Virus record (IMG/VR): IMGVR_UViG_3300031281_000001
Length of the DNA stretch: 64,000 bases
From: an uncultured virus (IMG/VR IMGVR_UViG_3300031281_000001)
Lineage: Duplodnaviria > Heunggongvirae > Uroviricota > Caudoviricetes
Strand: one strand, 5' to 3'
Shown: piece after piece, positions 19,353 through 27,019 of the stretch
How the letters are laid out: each line of letters starts with the position of its first letter
How positions within the stretch are numbered: position 1 is the stretch's first letter
Made by a program: the position numbers and the translations under genes
The notes under the pieces: generated by a model
Seen by the model: only the letters and a program-made list of their open reading frames with translations
Databases searched by the model: none
Told to the model about the DNA's origin: nothing

Positions 19353-19631
19353 ATGGAATTAAAAGAATTTGAAGTAAAAAGATTGACGAATGGTAGAGGA
19401 AACTCTCATTTAGTAGTAATAACCGAACCTGCAATAGAAGATATTAGCATTGGAAGTGTACTCATAGTGCCTTATGCAGATGGTTTTAAAGACCCTAAAA
19501 GCGTAATATTGCAAGTTGATGCAGTCGGTAAACCAAAAACTGCTAACGGCTACGCATATGCGGTCGTGGCCGAATACAAAGAACGAAATTATCAAACAGT
19601 AAATAACATTAGATATGAAACACGAAAGTAA
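19353..19631 (+). CDS. Cassette 1 hypothetical protein
   Basis: ORF reading through the first attC-like arm. Confidence 0.6.
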   Translation: MELKEFEVKRLTNGRGNSHLVVITEPAIEDISIGSVLIVPYADGFKDPKSVILQVDAVGKPKTANGYAYAVVAEYKERNYQTVNNIRYETRK

Positions 19632-20055
19632 CAATAACCCACAAACTAAGGCCATGCCGTATGATGCGATGTTAGTAGCTGGCCGTGAATATAGCATTGA
19701 ATTTGATGAGAACGATAACAACGGCAACCCGTGCGGTAGGGTTCATCAATGCATTATTGGTGATATGTACCTTGAGATAATGGATATGGATGGCACGAGA
19801 TTTAATACAGTTACCTATACTGGCAAGATAGGATTTGAAGTTGAAAACAAAATATTTCCAGCATTAACATTTAATCCCTGGGTTGACAATATGATTTGGA
19901 ACTCATATAAGCTTACAGAAGAAAATGCATTGATGTTGGTTAACCACTTAATTAAGAGCGGTAACTGGACTGTAAACGAAGCACCAACAGAACAGTATGA
20001 AAAATTTGCGGGCGGGCAAGCTTTTGATAAGAGCGACTTACAGGCTTGCTACTAA
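19615..20055 (+). CDS. Cassette 2 hypothetical protein
   Basis: Starts in the attC-like loop; its stop TAA is part of TAAC. Confidence 0.7.
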   Translation: MKHESNNNPQTKAMPYDAMLVAGREYSIEFDENDNNGNPCGRVHQCIIGDMYLEIMDMDGTRFNTVTYTGKIGFEVENKIFPALTFNPWVDNMIWNSYKLTEENALMLVNHLIKSGNWTVNEAPTEQYEKFAGGQAFDKSDLQACY

Positions 20056-20179
20056 CGTTTCGTGTATGAGCAGTGGCACTTGTACACACTTTCAAATTAG
20101 CACAAAACTATCCGTGCCATTGCTTATACACGGTGTTAGCCACAGTATTTTTTAGTAATAATTTTAAAAACAATATATT

Positions 20180-20578
20180 ATGGAAAAGATTTTAAGAATT
20201 GAAGAAACTAACTTCAAAACAAAAGAAAGAAGCTGGGGCGGTTATGATGGTTATCAAATAATAACTGACCAACAGACAATACAAATTGGAATTTCAGATG
20301 GACAATGTTGTTGTGAAAACTTTGGCTGTATAATCACAAACGATGAGACCAAAGAATTTATAGGAGCTGATTTACTCGGTATTTCAATTACTGATACTGC
20401 TTTAAACAACAAAAAGATTGAAGAAATTGAATACTTGGATTGTGGCGGTGCAATGTTTGTGAACTTAGAAACAAGTGAAGGACTTCTACAATTTGTAGCC
20501 TATAATTCTCACAACGGATATTACGGACATGAAGCGGTTTTAATTAGTAAACAACTTAACTGCGAAGAAGGTCTTTAA
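20180..20578 (+). CDS. Cassette 3 hypothetical phage protein
   Basis: QCCCE..G and YNSHNGYYGH motifs. Confidence 0.75.
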   Translation: MEKILRIEETNFKTKERSWGGYDGYQIITDQQTIQIGISDGQCCCENFGCIITNDETKEFIGADLLGISITDTALNNKKIEEIEYLDCGGAMFVNLETSEGLLQFVAYNSHNGYYGHEAVLISKQLNCEEGL

Positions 20579-20646
20579 TATTGTGGCTAACGTTGATGAT
20601 ATGCCCTGATGGGCGATAAATAGTAATAACTTTTAAATTTAGTACA

Positions 20647-20928
20647 ATGAATAAAGAACCGAAAATAGTTTCAAATTTTGACGAACACGCCCATTTGGGT
20701 ATATCTATTGTTAGTTGCCGTTTATTTGATTTGATGGCACTACAAAAAGAAGAATATCACAAATATACAACTCCGATTTATACAAAATTAGATGGAATGT
20801 ACGGATATATTTGTGTAAGTGGATATAAAGTGTTTTTCTTCTGGAATGATGTTCAAAGTGGAAATGTTAGTTGTGATGATGTTACAGAAAAATTCAGAAT
20901 TGAGTATGTTACCGAAAATGGCAACTAA
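20647..20928 (+). CDS. Cassette 4 hypothetical protein
   Basis: Starts in the attC-like loop; stop lies in TAAC. Confidence 0.65.
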   Translation: MNKEPKIVSNFDEHAHLGISIVSCRLFDLMALQKEEYHKYTTPIYTKLDGMYGYICVSGYKVFFFWNDVQSGNVSCDDVTEKFRIEYVTENGN

Positions 20929-21013
20929 CGGTTTTAATAAAAAATCGTTTTAATGTTTTTTATTTATTGTTGTGCTTTCGTTTTTGCGGGAGGGCAACAC
21001 AAACTTTAAGATT

Positions 21014-21202
21014 ATGAAAGCTGAATACTGGAAAGAAAGGATAAAAGAAATTGTAAGTAACAACGATGAAGAAAGTTTAACCCTACTTGCTAAACTAATT
21101 GAAGAAGCTGAACAGGCTAAACAAGAGTTGAGAAATAAAGGTTATGGATGGACTGGATTAAGCTTATTAAAAACAGTTATTGAAGAAGTGCCGAGTGCGT
21201 AG
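21014..21202 (+). CDS. Cassette 5 hypothetical protein
   Basis: ATG at 21014 (MKAEYWK). Confidence 0.6.
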   Translation: MKAEYWKERIKEIVSNNDEESLTLLAKLIEEAEQAKQELRNKGYGWTGLSLLKTVIEEVPSA

Positions 21203-21350
21203 GCAAATGAAGCACAACGATGGTAATATGAAATGGCTGGGATTCGGAGCTACTAACCTATCCCACGCCACAAAACTAACAGGTAGCAAGCTGGCTAAAA
21301 AGTCCGATAACACCCAGCTATTTTATATTATGTGTTAGCGGTAGTTAATT

Positions 21351-21755
21351 ATGTATAAACAATATGTTGTTAAAATTAAACAGTGTGCAAGTTGTGTTTA
21401 TAATAAATGCACAAAAATAAACACACCAATATATAACGAAGAAATTCAAGAAATGCAAGATTTTAGTTATGTGGCAATATGCTCTAAATTAAAAATTGAA
21501 TTAAATGATACTAGCATTATCCCAAATAACTGCCCACTTGATACTTGCAATGTTTATGAAATATGTGTGCATTTAGATGGGGTATCTGTAAATGAAAAAA
21601 GAAAGGTATTTGATGTGTTTAAAGAGGATTATGATGTGGAAATTTTAGATTACATAAGTATGCCAATTGCAAGTATTATTTTTATGTTGATTGATAAAAA
21701 AATTGAACTTCCTGAATATGCTGAATATGTTACTGGAAGGTTTAATTACCGCTAA
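21351..21755 (+). CDS. Cassette 6 hypothetical Cys-rich protein
   Basis: Stop lies in TAAC. Confidence 0.65.
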   Translation: MYKQYVVKIKQCASCVYNKCTKINTPIYNEEIQEMQDFSYVAICSKLKIELNDTSIIPNNCPLDTCNVYEICVHLDGVSVNEKRKVFDVFKEDYDVEILDYISMPIASIIFMLIDKKIELPEYAEYVTGRFNYR

Positions 21756-21815
21756 CGGATTGCGTATTGGCGTTGTTGCCTACTAGCTTAAAATTGAAAC
21801 AAAAATTTTGATGAT

Positions 21816-22082
21816 ATGAAAAAAGATAAATTGAAAAACGGAAGCAATAACGCTAATACGCTGTTATGTGCTGATAATTTTACGGGTTACTTCGATGATG
21901 CTAACAAACCAATTTTTGTTGGTGATAAATTAAGAAGTGAGTGGAATTATGAAATAATTGTAGTAAAAGACGAAGATGGTGATTATAGCGGAAAATTGGT
22001 TTGTGATAACAACCACAGTTGCAAAAACATTCCTTATGCCTTAAATAAGGGCAAAGGTTATAGTAAAATTATTTGTACATAA
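21816..22082 (+). CDS. Cassette 7 YopX-like fragment protein
   Basis: FTGYFDDANKPIFVGDKL resembles the YopX motif; starts in the attC-like loop; stop lies in TAAC. Confidence 0.6.
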   Translation: MKKDKLKNGSNNANTLLCADNFTGYFDDANKPIFVGDKLRSEWNYEIIVVKDEDGDYSGKLVCDNNHSCKNIPYALNKGKGYSKIICT

Positions 22083-22214
22083 CGTTGGTAATATGAAAAG
22101 TTGGCTTTGCCGTCGCTTTCAATTTACCACAGCAGCTTGATAGCCAATTTTTTATATTACGTGTTATCGGCTGCCTTTTATCAATCGAATTTTTAACCTT
22201 TAAATATAAACACA

Positions 22215-22595
22215 ATGAGTAAATACATAACAGAATTTCAGCAAACAGGAAACTCAATTGTAAATGTTGATTTGATTTGCAAAGAGTGGAATGATAGGTT
22301 CACAATTAGCACTTGGATTAATGACAAAGAAGAAAAATACACTTTTGTTGTAAATGGTAAACGCAAAAACACAAGACTTTGCAAAACTAAAATATCAAAA
22401 GACCAAGCGATGGATATTGTTTCAAAACTTGCTCTTATTCACGTAAAAGATAATACTTTCAGGAGTGGTGGAGCTTACCATTCTAAAAATTTTATAAAAT
22501 CAGAGGTTGAAAGAATAACTAAAATCAAACAAGAAAAGGAGCAGGAATTATCATTTATTAATCAGGCACTTTATATGTACGAACGCTGTCTTTAA
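22215..22595 (+). CDS. Cassette 8 hypothetical protein
   Basis: ORF bounded by inverted termini. Confidence 0.7.
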   Translation: MSKYITEFQQTGNSIVNVDLICKEWNDRFTISTWINDKEEKYTFVVNGKRKNTRLCKTKISKDQAMDIVSKLALIHVKDNTFRSGGAYHSKNFIKSEVERITKIKQEKEQELSFINQALYMYERCL

Positions 22596-22671
22596 GGTTG
22601 CCGATAACGGCAACTTGTAAGGCGTAGTTGCGCCAACAATTGAAATACAAAACTTTAAAATAATTACTAAG

Positions 22672-22947
22672 ATGACAAAAGAGAACGAACGTACCGAATT
22701 TGAAGCGCAATTCGCTTTACAAAATGTTAGCAACCGTGTTTTTTCTGACCATTTTTTACAGAAAACCACTAAGCTAACGTTGATTGAAAAAATAGTGTTG
22801 AAGTTTAAAAAGAAGCTGTTTTTTGTAGATGACCTTGAATTGATTACGATTGTTTATAAAAAATGGAGGGGTAAAACTTACATACTAAACAGCTACCATA
22901 ACCCACCAATGCACCCATTGTGTAGATGCTCATTACATGGTTGCTAA
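22672..22947 (+). CDS. Cassette 9 hypothetical protein
   Basis: Starts in the attC-like loop; stop lies in TAAC; ends PPMHPLCRC. Confidence 0.65.
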   Translation: MTKENERTEFEAQFALQNVSNRVFSDHFLQKTTKLTLIEKIVLKFKKKLFFVDDLELITIVYKKWRGKTYILNSYHNPPMHPLCRCSLHGC

Positions 22948-22961
22948 CTATTATATATTAA

Positions 22962-23321
22962 ATGAACTATATAAACATAAGTAAAATGAATACTTTTGAA
23001 CAATCAACTCTTAAAAAATTTGAAAATATTTTAAGGCAAAGAAATTACTCTGAAAGAACTATTCAGATATATTCATTTTATGTTTTAAAATATTATAAAT
23101 CAATAAATAAAGAAACATATCAATTAACTACTCGAGATTTAGTTAATTATTTATATAATTTTAATTATAGTTCTATAAGTCAACAAAATCAAGTTATAAA
23201 CGGATTAAAAGTATTTTACAAATACATCCTTAATAAATCTGATATTCATTTAAATAAAATTGAACGCCCACATAAAGAAAAACATTTACAAGATGTAGTA
23301 AAAAGATTTGAACCAATATAA
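22962..23321 (+). pseudogene. Truncated tyrosine recombinase (N-terminal SAM-like domain of integron-integrase/Xer type only)
   Basis: LRQRNYSERTIQIY...SISQQNQVINGLKVFYKYIL...IERP.KEKHL stops where the catalytic domain should begin; no R-H-R-Y residues. Confidence 0.75.
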
Positions 23322-23339
23322 TAATATTAAAAATAAAAA

Positions 23340-23828
23340 GTGATGCAAACATTTCTACCTTACCCAGATTTTTTGTATAGTGCCAGAGTTTTAGATAAGA
23401 AACGGTGCTGGAAACAAGTTGTAGAAGCTAAACAGATAATTTCAATATTATCTCATTTAGAAGAATGTCCAAAAGATAAGGTCCCCTGGGAAAAACATCC
23501 AGCAGTTAAAATGTGGGAAGGGCATATAGAATGCTTAAAACTTTATTATAATTTTTTTTTATTTGTTTCTAAGGATGTTCATAAGGTAAATACTACCTTG
23601 CCTTTATTTCAGGAGGTAGATGACAAATACCGAAATTGGGAGGGTATATATAAACCCTGGTGGTTAGGAAATAAAGATTTCCATCGTGCTATGCGGTCGA
23701 GATTAATAGAAAAGAATAGGGAATTTTACCTTCCATTGTTCCCAGATGATGAAGGATTTAATGATGGTTTATATCTTTGGCCTGACATGGAAACACGTAC
23801 GTTTAAAACAATTAAACCAAAAAAATAG
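23340..23828 (+). CDS. Pyrimidine-dimer DNA glycosylase / endonuclease V family-like protein
   Basis: MQTFLPY.DF..SA.VLD.KR..KQ.VEA.QI...HPAVKMWEG...PWWLG...FH...RSRL. Confidence 0.8.
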   Translation: MMQTFLPYPDFLYSARVLDKKRCWKQVVEAKQIISILSHLEECPKDKVPWEKHPAVKMWEGHIECLKLYYNFFLFVSKDVHKVNTTLPLFQEVDDKYRNWEGIYKPWWLGNKDFHRAMRSRLIEKNREFYLPLFPDDEGFNDGLYLWPDMETRTFKTIKPKK

Positions 23829-23902
23829 TACACATTCTTTTCAAAGTAAAATATATTAATATAATGATTTATAATTTTTTTAAATATTTTTTTAAATACA
23901 TA

Positions 23903-23934
23903 TTGCAAATTAAAAAAACAGGTATTATATTTAC
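23903..23934 (+). promoter_or_regulatory. Bacteroidota-type promoter
   Basis: TTG-N20-TATATTTAC in an intergenic gap. Confidence 0.6.
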
Positions 23935-23972
23935 AATTCAATTCAAAAATTTAACATTTAATTTTAAAAATT

Positions 23973-24872
23973 ATGGGTTTTACAAACAAAGAGCTGTTAA
24001 AGGCAGCAAAAGAACTGATCGAAAAACTCGATCTTTTAGACGACAATGGCGTAGATTCATTAACGATCCCAAAAAAAGCAGATGATGATTATCTTACTGA
24101 CTTCATAAAAGAAGCTACGGATCAAATGGGGCCTCAAGATGCTGAAATTGAATTTACTGATGAAACAAAAGAAATCATCGAAGAGTTGACCAAACCTAAA
24201 AAGAAAACCGTTAACGAAGTTGGTAAAAAAGAAGGTAGGAAAAAAGTTCTTCCTGAACCAGAAGAAGACGAAGATACGGAAGACGATGAGGATGATGATG
24301 AGGATGAAGACAACGATGATATTTTTGTTATGTTGGAAGAAATCCAAAATGCAAAGAAAATCAAAACATTGAAAGAAATAGTTGCTAACAATGGTGTTTT
24401 CAAAAAAAGTGCAAAAAAACTCAAAGCAATTACCGATATTGACGAACTTCGTGAAGAAATGATTGCCATAATTCAGCCAGAAGTAACTGAAGAAGATGCT
24501 GATGTGGATACAGACGATGATGATGATGGTGATGATGAAGTAACGGTAAAAGTAGATCCAAAGAAAAAGGAAAAGGCCAGTATCAAAAAAGAATCTGTTA
24601 AAGAAACAAAACAGAAAAAAGCAAAAAAAGAACCGAAAGAAAAAGCTTCGAGGAAAGAAGGACGTCAAAAATATGTTTTTGATGCCATTCGTTCCTTGTG
24701 TAAAAAAGGGGCTACTATGGAGCAAATAATGAAAGAAAGTGATGATTTGTGTGTTGAAGCTGGGGGAAATTCCAATCCTACAGCAACAAATGTAAACTCA
24801 TACACTTTGCAGGCTTTGGTTGCTTTCGATGTTTTAGAAAAAGATGGTAAGATTTACAAGTTCAAAAAGTAA
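23973..24872 (+). CDS. Acidic/basic low-complexity protein with a C-terminal domain paralogous to 6067-6483
   Basis: D/E tracts, a K-rich linker and the shared C-terminal domain. Confidence 0.75.
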   Translation: MGFTNKELLKAAKELIEKLDLLDDNGVDSLTIPKKADDDYLTDFIKEATDQMGPQDAEIEFTDETKEIIEELTKPKKKTVNEVGKKEGRKKVLPEPEEDEDTEDDEDDDEDEDNDDIFVMLEEIQNAKKIKTLKEIVANNGVFKKSAKKLKAITDIDELREEMIAIIQPEVTEEDADVDTDDDDDGDDEVTVKVDPKKKEKASIKKESVKETKQKKAKKEPKEKASRKEGRQKYVFDAIRSLCKKGATMEQIMKESDDLCVEAGGNSNPTATNVNSYTLQALVAFDVLEKDGKIYKFKK

Positions 24873-24874
24873 AC

Positions 24875-25927
24875 ATGAATAGGGCAAAACTTCCTAAAAA
24901 TGGTTTTGATTTTAAAGATAAAATTACCCCCGGTAAAGGTTTGCCGGGGCGTTTTATCTTTCCTCCTTTTACAGTGTTGAGGGCTACCGACGGTGAATGG
25001 AATGTTAGAAAACGACAATGGATATCACTTGGTATAAAAAGTGAGGTAGGTCGTGGTGGAAATCTTACTATTCGTGATCCTCAATTGAACGACTTTAATG
25101 TATATAAACATGGAAAGTATAAAAGAAAAGCAGCAACCACTTATAATATTGGTAACAAAACGGAATGGGAAAAAGGTCTTTTGCATAAAGGGAAAACAAT
25201 CAATACTTCAACTGAAAAATGGGATGGTGGTGAAAGTGCGTGGCAGAATAGTGGCACTTCCATTTTTGATCCTGTACTTTGTGAACTTATGTATTCTTGG
25301 TTTTGCCCAATCGAAGGACAAGTCATTGATCCTTTTGCTGGAGGATCCGTCAGGGGAATCGTTGCAACCTTCATGGGATATAAATACTGGGGTTCAGAAT
25401 TACGACAAGAACAAGTTGATGAAAATGTGCTTCAGGGAAAGTCGATTTGTAACGGCAAGGAACCAGTATGGATTTGCGGTGACTCATATGAATATGTGAA
25501 AGAAGCCCCACAATCAGACTTTTTATTTTCATGTCCACCATACGGAAATCTTGAAGTGTATTCAGAATTAGATGCTGATATAAGTAATATGAATTATGAT
25601 GCGTTCATAGACCGTTATACAATTATAATACGTCGTTTCGTGCGTCGTTTAAAAGAAAACCGCTTCGCCTGTTTTGTTGTAGGTAATTTTAGAGACAAAA
25701 AAACAGGAATATATCATAACTTTGTAGGGGATACTATAAAAGCATTTAAACTTGCTGGTATGAATTTCTACAATGACGCTATATTAATCACACCAACTGG
25801 TAGTTTGCCAGTTCGTGCTGGAAGACAATTCGATGCCAGCCGTAAATTAGGCAAAGCGCATCAAAATGTTTTGGTGTTTTACAAAGGAAACCCGAAGGAA
25901 ATTAATAATATATTTAACTATGAATAA
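24875..25927 (+). CDS. DNA N4/N6 methyltransferase
   Basis: IDPFAGG (motif I) and SCPPY (motif IV). Confidence 0.85.
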   Translation: MNRAKLPKNGFDFKDKITPGKGLPGRFIFPPFTVLRATDGEWNVRKRQWISLGIKSEVGRGGNLTIRDPQLNDFNVYKHGKYKRKAATTYNIGNKTEWEKGLLHKGKTINTSTEKWDGGESAWQNSGTSIFDPVLCELMYSWFCPIEGQVIDPFAGGSVRGIVATFMGYKYWGSELRQEQVDENVLQGKSICNGKEPVWICGDSYEYVKEAPQSDFLFSCPPYGNLEVYSELDADISNMNYDAFIDRYTIIIRRFVRRLKENRFACFVVGNFRDKKTGIYHNFVGDTIKAFKLAGMNFYNDAILITPTGSLPVRAGRQFDASRKLGKAHQNVLVFYKGNPKEINNIFNYE

Positions 25928-26558
25928 CATATTATCTTCCAACACCACGACGCGTAAGGTTATTTGTGGTAATTCTTTGAATTTATTAAATAATTACGAA
26001 AACGTCAAAGCTATAATTACAAGTTTGCCTGATATGGAAGAAATAGGCGAAACCAAAATTTATAAGTATCATCTGTGGTTGTTTGTAGCTTGCGAAAAAT
26101 TAAGAAATTCTATTGATGAAAATGGGGTTATTTTTTTCTATCAAACAAATAGAAAATATAAAGGAACATTAATTGATAAAAATAGTTTAATTACATCTCA
26201 ATTTATACCTTACGAATTTAACAAAGTATTTGAAAAAATAATATTGAGAAAAGAACCAGAAACAATTGATAGGTATCGGCCTACCTATACTACTTTAACA
26301 GCATTTTCCAAAACGTTAAAAGCCGGTCAACCCACACCAGATATTATACATAGAGGAAACATGATGTATAAAAACGCAATGGGGGAAAATGCAATAAAAG
26401 TATGTTTGGATTTTGTTAAGAAAAATGTAGAAACTGATACAATACTTGATCCCTTCTGCGGCAGAGGTTCGGTTTTACGTTTAGCAAACTTCTACGGATA
26501 TAATGCCATTGGAATTGATATCGATCCAAAACAATGTGAAATAGCAAAAAATATATGA
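25920..26558 (+). CDS. Second DNA methyltransferase-like protein
   Basis: ITSLPD (atypical motif IV) and LDPFCGRGS...GIDID (motif I). Confidence 0.75.
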   Translation: MNNILSSNTTTRKVICGNSLNLLNNYENVKAIITSLPDMEEIGETKIYKYHLWLFVACEKLRNSIDENGVIFFYQTNRKYKGTLIDKNSLITSQFIPYEFNKVFEKIILRKEPETIDRYRPTYTTLTAFSKTLKAGQPTPDIIHRGNMMYKNAMGENAIKVCLDFVKKNVETDTILDPFCGRGSVLRLANFYGYNAIGIDIDPKQCEIAKNI

Positions 26559-27019
26559 AAAAAATAAAATTAAATCAAAATTTTGTTGTTATTGTTGATA
26601 ACGATGATTATGATTATTTAATACAATTTGATTGGAAAGTTTTAAAAGCCAAATATACAAATTATGCTAGAAGATCCATTTGTAAAAATGGAAAAGTAAA
26701 AACTGTTTTGATGCACAGGGAAATAATGAACACCCCAAAAAATTTGTATGTTGATCATAAGGATCATAATGGTTTAAATAATCAAAAAAGTAATTTAAGA
26801 AATTGTACTAATTCGGAAAATTGTCACAACGTAAAACCTAGAGGAAAATCAAAATATTTAGGTGTGTATATTGATTATGATCAGTTCAAAGCTCAAATAT
26901 GTGTACATAGAAAAGTTATAAACTTAGGAAGATTCAATAATGAATTAGATGCTGCTAAAAAATATGATGAAGCAGCAAAAAAGTATTTTGGAAATTTTGC
27001 AAATTTAAATTTTAAATAA
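26555..27019 (+). CDS. HNH-AP2 homing endonuclease
   Basis: MHREIM...VDHKDHNGLNNQKSNLR plus an AP2 domain (SKYLGV...LGRF..E.DAA..YD.AA..YFG.FA.LNF). Confidence 0.92.
   Translation: MKKIKLNQNFVVIVDNDDYDYLIQFDWKVLKAKYTNYARRSICKNGKVKTVLMHREIMNTPKNLYVDHKDHNGLNNQKSNLRNCTNSENCHNVKPRGKSKYLGVYIDYDQFKAQICVHRKVINLGRFNNELDAAKKYDEAAKKYFGNFANLNFK

Larger units (their letters stand above)
19332..22948 (+). mobile_element. Integron-like gene cassette array (9 cassettes, 8 attC-like sites)
   Basis: attC-like sites span 19544-19673, 20053-20137, 20588-20712, 20926-20971, 21215-21336, 21753-21865, 22080-22165 and 22605-22728. Each starts with (T/C)AAC, ends with GTT and has imperfect inverted arms. Confidence 0.8.

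Noticed and set aside
19544..22728. Array hairpins as ordinary rho-independent terminators or CRISPR repeats
   Set aside because: Most lack a U-tract, they have large loops and differ in sequence, while AAC/GTT ends and cassette-specific inverted termini are fixed.
24060..24725. 221-aa minus-strand ORF, and similar ones at 34061-34713 and 40729-41484
   Set aside because: Antisense shadows of K/E/D-rich plus-strand genes.
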